From NCBI GenBank assembly GCA_965230895.1, contig OZ246394.1, forward strand, positions 1,121,887 through 1,185,886: a DNA stretch of 64,000 bases. Direction: 5' to 3'. The notes under the pieces were generated by a model, which had not been told where the DNA came from, did no database searches, and worked only from the letters and a program-made list of their open reading frames with translations. Shown here one piece after another: positions 1-9,689 of this stretch; within the stretch, counting starts at the first letter, position 1; every line of letters starts with the position of its first letter. The translations under genes and the position numbers were made by a program. Origin of the DNA: an uncultured Gammaproteobacteria bacterium. GTDB taxonomy: Bacteria; Patescibacteriota; Microgenomatia; Levybacterales; UBA12049.

Positions 1-3000
1 AGGGAAAGTCCGGCCATCCAGACGCCATCTCTTTGGAAGACATCGTTGGCTTTAATAATGATAGAATTGTTCAATTCTCCAGGGAGACTTAATGCGACCT
101 GCGCTTCACCTCGTTGAATTGCTTGCTGGACATCTAGCTTTGAGGGATTAAGACCCGATGCCTGACTGAATTCCATATTTTGTATTTGAAGCACTACGGC
201 ATCACCTTGGCGTAATGTGTGGAAACGTAATTCGTTTCGCTCCGAAGGACGGGTATCATAACCGTAATATTCTCTGTGATTTGTCTTTGTAGCCCATTCA
301 TTCCAGACTCCCGTCTCACCAGATACTGGGCGTTCAATTGTGCGCGTTTCAAATCGAGTTGCAATATTTTCTGTATTTACCAAGCTACTCCCTTGATCAT
401 ATTGCAATGTATCGCCCTGGAAAAATGCGTCATTTATAAGTACCTGGTCTGGCTTTGCATCAAGGACTAGATCAAATCTCCCATTATCTTCAACCCAATG
501 TGTTCCATCAGGGACATTTACTCGGTGCCCCATGATATCTGCTGCATGGGATGTCGTCGACGTAAATCCTTCGGTCGCTGGTCCAACCTCTCCTGCTCCA
601 AAAAATCGTTCAAGTGATGTCATCTGTGTTGGACGATCTGCCAACCCGATCGATTCAGCACCTCGATGTAAGCCTGCAAAAATCTCTTGCGTTACAGCAT
701 GGCCAATGACGCTTCCACCAGCCGCCATGACAAATGTCATTGAACCTTGTTTTGCTTGCGCGAGAACTCGCGCTCGTCTCATCGCACTGTCACGACTATC
801 GATAGACTCGTTTGACTCTATACTTGTGCTGAGTGCTGCTTGAAATTGGTTCTGAACTTCGGTACCGCGTTGAATATTTCGTTGCAATGCGTCAGAGAGA
901 GGATTAAGTATTTTATCTACAGAATCTCCTGGCTGGAAATCAACACCGAGCGAACGTGCATACGCTTGCATACCAGGAACATTATCTTGTGCATACTTGC
1001 GAAGCTCTGCAGTTGTTCGGGCTTTTAAAAGTTCGAGATCTGTCTTTTGAGCGTCCAATGATTGGTCTGTCGTTGTACGATATAATTCGACATTTGTGTT
1101 ATCATCCATCATTTGGCGGCGAACTTTACTATCTGCAAGTAATCCAAAAGCGTTATTTAGGATGTCATTGGTCACACGACCTGATTGAAGTTGCTTTCGT
1201 GCTTGCTCCAAAGGATCAAGGACGCCTGTTTTGATATCAAGCATTGGCAACTCGAGCTTCTTCATTTCATTGCGTCGTTTTGCTTCTTTATCAAAGGCAA
1301 CTCCTCGTGCAGCCTCACGACCATGCTGCTCATATTCCCTTGTGAATCGTGAACGTTCTTGCCCAGCCCGTACTGCACCAGCTACGGCAGAACCTCCTAA
1401 GATTGGTAAGAATATATTTCCACCTAAAGCTCCAGCTCGCTGCAGAGCATACAATCCCAAACCAGTAGCGAAGCCTGCAGTGTTATGGCCGCCGACAAAG
1501 CCAAGAGCCTTTAATCGCCCACTTGCGGAGTCAATTGCATCAAGATACGCGCCAGGCACAGGGAATTCTGGACCTCTATCTTGCTCTATCTTTTGGTAAA
1601 GATCCATAACACGCTGATTCGTAACGGAACGTGCATATTTTGCTTCGCGTTTTGTTTCTTGTACACTTCCTTGCTCACCAGCTTGCAATGTACCGACGTT
1701 AACTTTAAGCACCATTTGGTCAACATAGTTTTGGAGATTACCTTCTGATTGGAGATGGTTTTTGATAGACATTAACTGCGGCAAGAGAACATTTTCGACC
1801 ATAGGGACAATATTTGTTCCATAACTCATGGAGAGATCCAAATTACTGCGAACATCTTCTGGAAGATTATTTCTCCAATTTGTAAATTCTTTACTGAAGA
1901 ATTTCTCTTGAACAGCAGTACGAATTTCAAGAAGACGATCCTCGCTCAACGTCCCTCCATTTGCTAAGCCTTCTGTAAGCATCGGAGTAATTACTTCATT
2001 TTTGAAGAAGTCAGCGACCGGTCCTGTCATTACAATTTCTTGCGCACGCTTTTCGCCTACAGCAGTTCGTATTGCATCATCACTAAACTCAGTACCAAGC
2101 CTTCGCGCCAAACCTTCTCCTGCTTTAAAATCACCTGTGAGCACATCTTTATATGATTGGACGAGTTCTGGGTTTGCTGCGACAAAAGCTTGTACTCCTG
2201 GCTCACCTGAACTACGAGCATCATAAGCGCTGCGGAGCGTCCGAACAATTTCAACTTCTTGTGCAGCCAGCTCACGTTGATTCCGTCCAGCAAGTTCTCG
2301 CAAGTTTTTTATTTTGTTTTTGCCTCGCTCCCAACGACTCATATCATCGGTTTGATTCTCATTGATCTTATCGCGTGCTGAAGCGACTCTATCTTTCATT
2401 TTTTCCCGACGGTTCATCCCATCTCTTCGAGCATCTCTATCCGCTTTTTCTTGATCTCTGGCTGCAGTAATAGTTTCCTGAGCTGCATTGCGTATATTTC
2501 GTAAGAACTCATACGGCAAAGACTTCATTTGCACACCAGCTTCAGCCAAAAGCTGGTGCGATTGATCTTTTTCTTTTACATAGGTGTTCAGACTATGCAC
2601 GCCATATTTCCACCAACGAGGAATTGCTTGCTTAAATGATTGCTTCAGTTGATCGATTTTAGTGGAGTCTTCACCTTCAGCTTTGCCTGCCCACTTTTCC
2701 TTGCCTTCAGTCATGCGAGCTCGAGCAGTCATACGCGCTTCTTGCTCGACAACTTCTTGCTCTGTCTGACCTTCTTTTCCGATTCTATGCTTTGCCGCTG
2801 CAACTGAGAACTCAACACTCGCTAATTCTCGAAGAACTTCTTCAGGATCACGAGTGTCCGCATCTTTTGGAAGACTAGGCGTTGGTTGTTCTTCAGAATG
2901 CTTTTGTGGTTCTCTTTTTTCCGGTGCAGGACCATCGTGTGTGCCACGATCTTTAGTATCCACTGGAGCAGGACGAGGTGCAGATGTCCCCTCTGTAGTC

Positions 3001-3026
3001 GTTGGTGCTGGTTTAAATTCCGCCAT
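1..3026 (-). CDS. Giant hypothetical membrane protein (>1000 aa, 3' end beyond window start)
   Basis: ATG at 3026 (MAEFKPAPTTTEGTSAPRPAP...). The same frame was open where I read it at the start, middle and window edge (...DVFQRDGVWMAGLS). Its absence from the ORF track fits no stop inside the window. It has Gly/Ala-rich hydrophobic segments (GFATGFGLYALQRAGALGGNIFLPILGGSAVAGAV; SMTFVMAAGGSVIGHAV). Confidence 0.85.
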   Translation of the reverse strand, partial: MAEFKPAPTTTEGTSAPRPAPVDTKDRGTHDGPAPEKREPQKHSEEQPTPSLPKDADTRDPEEVLRELASVEFSVAAAKHRIGKEGQTEQEVVEQEARMTARARMTEGKEKWAGKAEGEDSTKIDQLKQSFKQAIPRWWKYGVHSLNTYVKEKDQSHQLLAEAGVQMKSLPYEFLRNIRNAAQETITAARDQEKADRDARRDGMNRREKMKDRVASARDKINENQTDDMSRWERGKNKIKNLRELAGRNQRELAAQEVEIVRTLRSAYDARSSGEPGVQAFVAANPELVQSYKDVLTGDFKAGEGLARRLGTEFSDDAIRTAVGEKRAQEIVMTGPVADFFKNEVITPMLTEGLANGGTLSEDRLLEIRTAVQEKFFSKEFTNWRNNLPEDVRSNLDLSMSYGTNIVPMVENVLLPQLMSIKNHLQSEGNLQNYVDQMVLKVNVGTLQAGEQGSVQETKREAKYARSVTNQRVMDLYQKIEQDRGPEFPVPGAYLDAIDSASGRLKALGFVGGHNTAGFATGLGLYALQRAGALGGNIFLPILGGSAVAGAVRAGQERSRFTREYEQHGREAARGVAFDKEAKRRNEMKKLELPMLDIKTGVLDPLEQARKQLQSGRVTNDILNNAFGLLADSKVRRQMMDDNTNVELYRTTTDQSLDAQKTDLELLKARTTAELRKYAQDNVPGMQAYARSLGVDFQPGDSVDKILNPLSDALQRNIQRGTEVQNQFQAALSTSIESNESIDSRDSAMRRARVLAQAKQGSMTFVMAAGGSVIGHAVTQEIFAGLHRGAESIGLADRPTQMTSLERFFGAGEVGPATEGFTSTTSHAADIMGHRVNVPDGTHWVEDNGRFDLVLDAKPDQVLINDAFFQGDTLQYDQGSSLVNTENIATRFETRTIERPVSGETGVWNEWATKTNHREYYGYDTRPSERNELRFHTLRQGDAVVLQIQNMEFSQASGLNPSKLDVQQAIQRGEAQVALSLPGELNNSIIIKANDVFQRDGVWMAGLS

Positions 3027-3177
3027 ACATTGTCCTTTCTTAGAGTTTGCAAAAATAGCAGCATATGTGCCGCCTCTTTGCCTCTATCCATTTATTATAC
3101 ATACTCTCATATAAGACAACAACGAATTTTTGAGAAAATAAGCACCTTGTAATGAACGTAAAAGGTAGATGTAAGGA

Positions 3178-3498
3178 TTAGTTTGAGGAATCAGCTGGAG
3201 TACTGAGATATACACCTTGAAATTCAATTAACACATCCGTCATAAACTCTGTAAAGTTAGCAATATGATCTACTGCAAACTGTTGCAGTTCTGCTTGCGA
3301 AGTATTTTGTTTCAACAAATTTTCAAACTCTGTAACATCTTCATCTGAAAATGCAGCAATAACCCGAGCCATGATAAAGTCATTGAGTCTTATTTGCAAA
3401 TCCTTTCGCAGTTCTTCACGAACCGAGTCATCCATATCGGGATAATTTTTCTTGTCGATGAGATCGTCTATGTATTGATTAATATTTTGCTGGTCCAT
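3178..3498 (-). CDS. Small acidic helical CPR protein (DUF5663-like)
   Basis: Likely start MDQQNINQYIDDLI. The pattern EELRKDLQIRLNDFI..VIAAFSDEDVTEFENLL..F..VLIEF..YL resembles a recurrent CPR family (from recall). Confidence 0.65.
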   Translation of the reverse strand: MDQQNINQYIDDLIDKKNYPDMDDSVREELRKDLQIRLNDFIMARVIAAFSDEDVTEFENLLKQNTSQAELQQFAVDHIANFTEFMTDVLIEFQGVYLSTPADSSN

Positions 3499-3554
3499 GG
3501 ATATATTTACTATAGAGTGCAACTTCGGAGATGTCAATCATATGAGAAGTGCTA

Positions 3555-5753
3555 TTAGGAGATAGGCTCATATACGAAAGACGGAAAAGCCTGTGTAACA
3601 TCATCTTCTCCCTTTTCATAAAAAAATTGTACAAGCGCTCGTGTATTTTCGGGCTTCTTACTCTCGTGCTCTCGAAAAGCATCTTTCCAAGCAGTTTTAC
3701 CTTCCTCGTCAAACCCGTTTATACTCAAATATGCATCCATACTATCAACGGAATCTACCTCAAAAGTTGCAGCGGCTAATTCATTTGCGTATCCTATGTA
3801 AATATTACTCTGCACGTCGCCTGCCTGCTCAAGCTGTTGCATCTCTTGCTCTATCTTTGTACGTCTTTCTATCGTTAACCTACTTTTTCGAGCACGCATC
3901 ATATTTTTATAGAGCACGTCGACATCTACTTGTTGAAGAATATCACTGTTATCCACATAGGTAATAAATTGCTGTTCAATTGGAGTTATTCGTCGACCAA
4001 TCTTTGCTTCCACTGCTGCAATAAGTTGTTTACTTGCAAGTATGTACTCCAAGTTTTGGCCAAAGAGCGTATTACTTGCTTTTGCAGCATCAAGTGCTGC
4101 AGATGGCTTCTTATCAGGAATATCTGCTGAGATATCAATCACTTCAGCTGTCATATCGTCTTTCTTTGCACGGACATCGCTACTTAACCTTGATCTAGCT
4201 TGAGCAGCTTCGATCAGTTTTGAAACAGCCTGAGACGCATTTTCTCCAGAGGCAAGAAGAGATTCTATAGCACTATCCGTGAGATTATCATGGATCCCAT
4301 CTGAAGTTATAAGATACCGATCGTCTTCTTCAACAGCATGCACTGTTAAAGAAGGCTCGATATATTGGATTCCTAGTGCCTGTCCTACTTCATTCCTTGT
4401 ATGGAAAGCATTCTTTTCCGGACGACTTAAAGCGCGAAAGTCATCTGCTGTATCAAGCGCTGCGAGCTTTCTCTGACGGGCCCATTGCTCATTTGGATCA
4501 ACAAAAGGACGCGGGTCATCAAGCGTTAGAACCTCGAGCTTTCCATCCCGGAGACGATAGAGTCGAGTATCACCGATATTAACATGAATTAGCTGCTTTT
4601 TCCCATCATTTCCCTCATAGATGTGGCTCAATGAGAGAGTCGTTAATCCCTTACCCTGTGTCGTTTCCAAAACCATCTCATTACATCCAATTGAGATGCG
4701 CATGAGGAAATCTGAAACTTCTTCAAGCGTTGCACCGTCAGGGATATACTTCACTGCTTCGGCGAGATAGTCTTTCGCATTTTGGACGGCCTTATCAGCC
4801 TCATCGCTTCCGCCTACACCATCAAGCACTCCAAACGACCGACTATCCATATCAAAGAGTAATCGATCTTGATGCGGTTTGCCTTTCTCATTCTTAACTG
4901 TCTCTCCTGCTGCAATGTCACCATACGATACCTTTTCTTCAGTCTCGCTTGGCGTTGTCGTTTCGATCGGAGCAGGTGTAGTTTCTAAAACTGTTACACC
5001 TAACTTATGGGCAAGAGCATCCAGACGTGTTCTTTCAGTTGCTGAAGGTTTGCGCTGTATCCCAGACTGTATTTTTGTAGCAATTTTTGCTTTCACATCT
5101 TCTTTTTGTGACAAAATTGCTCGTGCAACAGCAAAATCAGCTACTAATTCATCAGCATTTTTATCAGTACCGAAAATAGCCAACATTGGCTTGATCGCAT
5201 CCAATCTATTTTCTAATCGAGCTATATCGACGGAACCATCAGCTCTTGTGCATCCATCTGAGATATCTTCAATGAACCGATTAATATTACTGCCCTTTTC
5301 GGAGACATACTTCTGCCTGAATGTTTCCACTTGTGCATAGAGTCCCTGATCATTCATGTTATTATCGGAGACATCCAAGCCAATAGCTCCCAATGTCATT
5401 CGGCGCTCCCCTCGTATATGCGTATCTACCGCCGGATCTTGAAAAAACTCTTGCATTGAATCGTAAAAATCCATATTCCATTCTTTATTGCGGACATCAA
5501 AATCACGGTTATCATTTTTATCAAATTCATGCCGACTTTCTAATGAAACCTTATTTGCAGCGGTTAATGCTGTATGAAGTGCATCAGGAGTTTTTTGAGA
5601 GAGCGTATCGCGTTGCTCATCAGACATACTATGCGCCTCATGCCGCACAAAAGAAGTTTCGACCGCTGCTGCTGTAACATGTGCTATTGCTGGGGTAACT
5701 TGGACACGACTTTCTGATTCACGATTATGGGGACGCTCTGTATGTTCTCTCAT
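3555..5753 (-). CDS. PP2C (PPM)-family Ser/Thr phosphatase domain protein with long unknown N- and C-terminal regions
   Basis: PPM motifs HQD, VLDGVGG, NIGDTRLY, LTLDD, TSDGIHD and DDMT in the central ~270 aa. Confidence 0.85.
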   Translation of the reverse strand: MREHTERPHNRESESRVQVTPAIAHVTAAAVETSFVRHEAHSMSDEQRDTLSQKTPDALHTALTAANKVSLESRHEFDKNDNRDFDVRNKEWNMDFYDSMQEFFQDPAVDTHIRGERRMTLGAIGLDVSDNNMNDQGLYAQVETFRQKYVSEKGSNINRFIEDISDGCTRADGSVDIARLENRLDAIKPMLAIFGTDKNADELVADFAVARAILSQKEDVKAKIATKIQSGIQRKPSATERTRLDALAHKLGVTVLETTPAPIETTTPSETEEKVSYGDIAAGETVKNEKGKPHQDRLLFDMDSRSFGVLDGVGGSDEADKAVQNAKDYLAEAVKYIPDGATLEEVSDFLMRISIGCNEMVLETTQGKGLTTLSLSHIYEGNDGKKQLIHVNIGDTRLYRLRDGKLEVLTLDDPRPFVDPNEQWARQRKLAALDTADDFRALSRPEKNAFHTRNEVGQALGIQYIEPSLTVHAVEEDDRYLITSDGIHDNLTDSAIESLLASGENASQAVSKLIEAAQARSRLSSDVRAKKDDMTAEVIDISADIPDKKPSAALDAAKASNTLFGQNLEYILASKQLIAAVEAKIGRRITPIEQQFITYVDNSDILQQVDVDVLYKNMMRARKSRLTIERRTKIEQEMQQLEQAGDVQSNIYIGYANELAAATFEVDSVDSMDAYLSINGFDEEGKTAWKDAFREHESKKPENTRALVQFFYEKGEDDVTQAFPSFVYEPIS

Positions 5754-5820
5754 ATATTCAGTATAGCAAAATGTGATCTAGCACACAGAAAACTGCTGGG
5801 ATTTATGCTATAAATAATCA

Positions 5821-7002
5821 ATGAAGAAATTTTATCAATTCATTACTGCATTTTTCTTTATCCCGCTTCTCCTCGCTTTTCCATTTGCTCAACAAACCCA
5901 GGCTGCAGAATTTCGTGCAGGAGATGAGGTGCGGATCAATGCAGATGAACAAAATCTTAATAATCTTTACCTCTTTGGTGGAAATATAACTTTAGACGCT
6001 CCGGTCGCAAATGAATTGACGACAGCAGGTGGGGATTTAAATCTTAATAGTGCTGTTGAAGGAAGCGCTCTAATAGGTGGAGGAAATATCACCATACGAG
6101 GACCAATTGGCAATAATGCTAGAATAGCGGGCGGAGATATTACGATTGATGCGCCAATAACAAACGACCTTGTTATTACAGGGGGCAATATAACAATCAC
6201 TAAGAACGCTTCAATTGGAGGAGATATCCTCTTTGCTGGGGGAAAGCTTACTGTAGACGGATCGGTTGCTGGCAAAATTCAGGCAAATGGTGGAGATATC
6301 GTAATTAATAGTACAGTCGATGGAGATGTTTCAGGGAATATAGAGAAGTTAATACTTGGTCCTGCAGCAAATATTTCTGGCAATCTTTCATACAAATCAC
6401 CGGAGCAGGCAAAAATTGAACAAGGGGCAACTATTTCTGGGCAAACGAATTACCAGCCTGAACATAACGACCAAGACCGCGAAAAGAGTGCAGCGGGATT
6501 CTTTGCAGGGGCCGCATTCTATAAGTTGATTGCAGATATAATTATTTGTCTCCTTTTCGTGTACTTCCTCAAAGGCTCAATCATAGCTATTATCAATAGA
6601 ATGAGATCCTCACCAGTAAAAAGTGGTGCTGTAGGGTTTGCATTCATTATCCTTGTACCGATCGCCGGTTTTCTCCTGTTCCTTTTACTTTTCCTCGGAG
6701 TCGTAACCATGTTGAGTTATGCTCTATTCTGGCTTATTAGCATATTCATTGCGCAGCTCTTTCTTGGCTGGGCACTTATGCATTGGCTTCAAAGAAGTAA
6801 TAAAGCAGAGTATATTCTCGATTGGAAAGCGGCTATTGCAGGACCAATTATTGTGTTTATTTTAATGTTTATTCCGGTCTTTGGATGGTTGGCATTTGCT
6901 GTAGTTTTCTTAATTGCACTTGGAGCAATGCTTGGAGAATTGATAACTCTTATTTCTACGCAAAAGCAAATAACCACGACCAAACCTTCACGAAAGAAGT
7001 AA
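5821..7002 (+). CDS. Signal-peptide, bactofilin-like beta-helix repeat membrane protein
   Basis: Signal peptide (..QQTQAAE), tandem GG-[ND]-I-x-I-x-[GA]-x-[IV]-x-G repeats, and several C-terminal TM helices. Confidence 0.8.
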   Translation: MKKFYQFITAFFFIPLLLAFPFAQQTQAAEFRAGDEVRINADEQNLNNLYLFGGNITLDAPVANELTTAGGDLNLNSAVEGSALIGGGNITIRGPIGNNARIAGGDITIDAPITNDLVITGGNITITKNASIGGDILFAGGKLTVDGSVAGKIQANGGDIVINSTVDGDVSGNIEKLILGPAANISGNLSYKSPEQAKIEQGATISGQTNYQPEHNDQDREKSAAGFFAGAAFYKLIADIIICLLFVYFLKGSIIAIINRMRSSPVKSGAVGFAFIILVPIAGFLLFLLLFLGVVTMLSYALFWLISIFIAQLFLGWALMHWLQRSNKAEYILDWKAAIAGPIIVFILMFIPVFGWLAFAVVFLIALGAMLGELITLISTQKQITTTKPSRKK

Positions 7003-7061
7003 AAGAGATTGGGATTGCTTGAAAGGAGTTGCAATATTTTTGTACTGTAAATGTACAAATA

Positions 7062-7544
7062 TTAACGCTTTGGTGATTGCTTCTTTCGTCGAGCTTTACC
7101 GCCGGTACCGACAGCACGTCGTTCACGGACACGAGCATCTCGTGACAAGAAGCCTTTTTTCTTAAGAAGTGCACGGTATTCTTCTGGATTCAGCTTGTTC
7201 AATGCATTTGCAATACCTGCAACTGCTGCTTGTAGTTGTCCTGAAGGTCCACCGCCTGCAACTTTGATAGTGAATGCAAAATTCTTTTGATGCGCGTTTG
7301 TAACACGAAGTGGTTCTGTATAAAGATGGCGACTGACATCACCTGAGAAGTATTGATCAATTGGCTTTTCATTAACCAACATATCACCTTTTTTCACTGA
7401 AAGTTCGCCCCAAGTAAGTTCTGCTTTTACATTTTCATAGAGTCGGACTCGAGCAACTGATTCTTTTCGTCGGCCAACTGCAAAAGTATAATCTTTTCGA
7501 GCTGTTTTATTTCTTTTAATTGGTTGTTGTACTTCTTCTGCCAT
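7062..7544 (-). CDS. rpsI: 30S ribosomal protein uS9
   Basis: GRRKESVARVRL, GGGPSGQ, RDARVRER, C-terminal QSPKR. Confidence 0.97.
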   Translation of the reverse strand: MAEEVQQPIKRNKTARKDYTFAVGRRKESVARVRLYENVKAELTWGELSVKKGDMLVNEKPIDQYFSGDVSRHLYTEPLRVTNAHQKNFAFTIKVAGGGPSGQLQAAVAGIANALNKLNPEEYRALLKKKGFLSRDARVRERRAVGTGGKARRKKQSPKR

Positions 7545-7549
7545 AGTAT

Positions 7550-7978
7550 TTAGTTTTTAAATTTATCTGCGTAAGTATGTTCTGCATCCGCAAAGATAAA
7601 TAATCGTGTCAACATTTTATCACGTAAACGGTTTTGTGGGAGCATACCTTTTACAGCATGTAACAAAACACCTTCTGGTTTGCGTGCTCGTAATTCCTTC
7701 AATGTTTCTTCTTTAAAACCACCTGGATATCCAGAATGTCGGTAATACATTTTTTGAACTTCTTTTTTTCCAGTTACTTTAATATCTTTAGCATTTGTAA
7801 CGACTACATAATCTCCGCAGTCAAGGTTACGAACAAAATATGCTTTTCCTTTACCCATTAAAAGTTGTGCAATTTCAGAAGCAACACGTCCAAGAGTTTG
7901 GTCTTTAACATCAACATGGTGCCATGCTCTTTTGATGTCTTTCGCCTTTGTTGGTTGTGTTTGTGCTGCTTGGTTCAT
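7550..7978 (-). CDS. rplM: 50S ribosomal protein uL13
   Basis: WHHVD..LGRVAS, DCGDYVVVTNA, HSGYPGG, VKGMLP. Confidence 0.98.
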   Translation of the reverse strand: MNQAAQTQPTKAKDIKRAWHHVDVKDQTLGRVASEIAQLLMGKGKAYFVRNLDCGDYVVVTNAKDIKVTGKKEVQKMYYRHSGYPGGFKEETLKELRARKPEGVLLHAVKGMLPQNRLRDKMLTRLFIFADAEHTYADKFKN

Positions 7979-7981
7979 AGT

Positions 7982-8512
7982 TTATCCTTTTTTCTGTCGA
8001 GTCACCATTTGTTTTGGTGCTGAGCTCTTTACTGCTTTTGTTTTCTTTTCTGGTTTTGCAACTGCTGCTGTTGCTTTCACTTCTGTTGTTTTTGCTGCTT
8101 TTGCAGGCTTAGCTGTTTTTGCTTTCTTTTCTTTAACAGGCTTTGCAACTGCTTTTTCACCTTTAACAACCCATTCCATAATAACTTCAGGTGAATTATC
8201 AGCAACTCTGCGTCCAACTTTAATGATTCGAGTATAACCACCTTGTCGATCCATGAATCGTGGAGCGATTTGTTCAATAAGTTTTGCAGCTGCGATATGT
8301 CGGACATCAGGAGCCAATGCTCGTAATGCAACTTCTCCACCTTTTTTTGCTTTGGTAACTAATTTATCAGCTGCACTTCTAATTGCTTTTGCTTTTGCTT
8401 CAGAAGTTCTGATTCGCTCTTCGAGAACAAGGGACGTAAGCAGGTTTTTAAACAAAGCTTTACGCTCGTTTGCATCTCTCTTAAATTGGCGACCAAATAC
8501 ATTCTTTTTCAT
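7982..8512 (-). CDS. rplQ: 50S ribosomal protein bL17 with Lys/Ala-rich C-terminal tail
   Basis: Start MKKNVFGR; RKALFKNL, ERIRTSEAKAK, GGYTRIIK; follows rpoA. Confidence 0.95.
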   Translation of the reverse strand: MKKNVFGRQFKRDANERKALFKNLLTSLVLEERIRTSEAKAKAIRSAADKLVTKAKKGGEVALRALAPDVRHIAAAKLIEQIAPRFMDRQGGYTRIIKVGRRVADNSPEVIMEWVVKGEKAVAKPVKEKKAKTAKPAKAAKTTEVKATAAVAKPEKKTKAVKSSAPKQMVTRQKKG

Positions 8513-8522
8513 AGATAATAAA

Positions 8523-8648
8523 AAATCCGAAGCTCGAAATCCCAAATACGAAACAAAACCAATTTTTCAAAATACTAACTACAATCTTTAATTGTGGGCA
8601 TTTGTATTTTGAGCTTGTTTCGAATTTCGATATTCGAATTTCGGATTT
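8523..8648. repeat. Imperfect inverted repeat built from 7-nt periodic units
   Basis: 8523-8556 AAATCCGAAGCTCGAAATCCCAAATACGAAACAA matches the reverse complement of 8615-8648 at 27/34 positions. Inner pair TCAAAATAC/GTATTTTGA. Units such as TTCGAAT/TTCGGAT. Confidence 0.85.
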
Positions 8649-8652
8649 ACTC

Positions 8653-9585
8653 TTATACGTTTACGTTTAAACTAATTCCTTTTTCTCCAAGTTTTTCTTC
8701 GATAACTGAGATGGATTTACCACCCATGTTTCGCATGGAGACTAAGTCTTTTCGTGGAGTACTCAACAATTGTTCAATTGTTTCGATTCCACCATTTCGA
8801 AGACTATTGTAAATTCTTGTTGGAAGATCTAATTCGTCAATTGTCATCTTCAATAAATTCTGTGGAATTGAAGAAGTAACAACTGGACTTTCTGCTACTG
8901 CTGCTGATTCTTTTGGTTCATAAATCTGTTGGAAGTATGAAGTCAAAAGCTTAGCTGCTTGCATAAGTGAATCTTTTGGATCAACTGTACCGTTTGTCCA
9001 GATCTTAAGAGTTACTTTATCAAGATCAGTTCGGCGACCAACACGTGTTGCTGCAACTTGGTAAGTTACTCTTCGTACTGGAGTGTATACAGCATCAGTT
9101 GTCATAACACCAAGAGCTGTTGAGCGTCGTTCTTCAGCGAGTGAGAAACCAAAGCCTTTTTCAACTGTAAGTTCCATTTCAAGTTTTGCTTTATCTCCTG
9201 AGAGTGAACCGATGTATTGATCTTTGTCAACAACTTCAACTCCATCAGTTGCTTCAAGGTCAGCTGCTGTAACTTTCTTTGGACCTTTAACTGAAAGTTT
9301 TACAGTTGCACTGTCTCGGCCTTCAGCAAGCTTTAAGTTAAGTTCTTTAACATTAAGGAGAAGATCTACGATATTTTCCTTCAAACCAGCGAGTGTTGAG
9401 AACTTGTGTTTAACACCTGTGATTCGAACTGATGTAACAGCTGCACCTGGGATTGAAGTGTAGAGAACTCTTCTCAACGCATTTCCCATTGTGTGACCAT
9501 AACCTGGTTCGAGTGGTTCGATAACAAATTCTCCAAAATCTGGAGCGGTTGTAATTTCTTTAACTTTAAAATTGAATTCTTCCAT
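8653..9585 (-). CDS. rpoA: RNA polymerase alpha subunit
   Basis: EPLEPGYGHTMGNALRR, HKFSTL, alpha-CTD IDELDLPTRIYNSL..NMGGKS. Confidence 0.98.
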   Translation of the reverse strand: MEEFNFKVKEITTAPDFGEFVIEPLEPGYGHTMGNALRRVLYTSIPGAAVTSVRITGVKHKFSTLAGLKENIVDLLLNVKELNLKLAEGRDSATVKLSVKGPKKVTAADLEATDGVEVVDKDQYIGSLSGDKAKLEMELTVEKGFGFSLAEERRSTALGVMTTDAVYTPVRRVTYQVAATRVGRRTDLDKVTLKIWTNGTVDPKDSLMQAAKLLTSYFQQIYEPKESAAVAESPVVTSSIPQNLLKMTIDELDLPTRIYNSLRNGGIETIEQLLSTPRKDLVSMRNMGGKSISVIEEKLGEKGISLNVNV

Positions 9586-9616
9586 ATATTTTTTTTAGAA
9601 TTTAATCTAGATGTGT

Positions 9617-9645
9617 ATAATACCCTATAAAGTCGTTTTTGACAA
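9617..9645 (-). promoter_or_regulatory. Internal sigma70-type promoter for rpoA
   Basis: Minus strand TTGTCA-17 nt-TATTAT, just downstream of a hairpin at 9650-9677 that follows rpsD. Confidence 0.6.
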
Positions 9646-9689
9646 TAGGCAATAGCTCATCTTTGATGAGTCTATTGAGTATTATACCA

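Noticed and set aside
276-3152. Many short ORFs, mostly on the plus strand, in the first 3 kb
   Set aside because: They are shadows of the single long minus-strand frame starting at 3026.
8523-8648. CRISPR array or tRNA interpretation of the repeat
   Set aside because: There are no identical repeats with unique spacers, no cas genes and no cloverleaf. I recognised no tRNA, rRNA, CRISPR array or transposase anywhere in the window.
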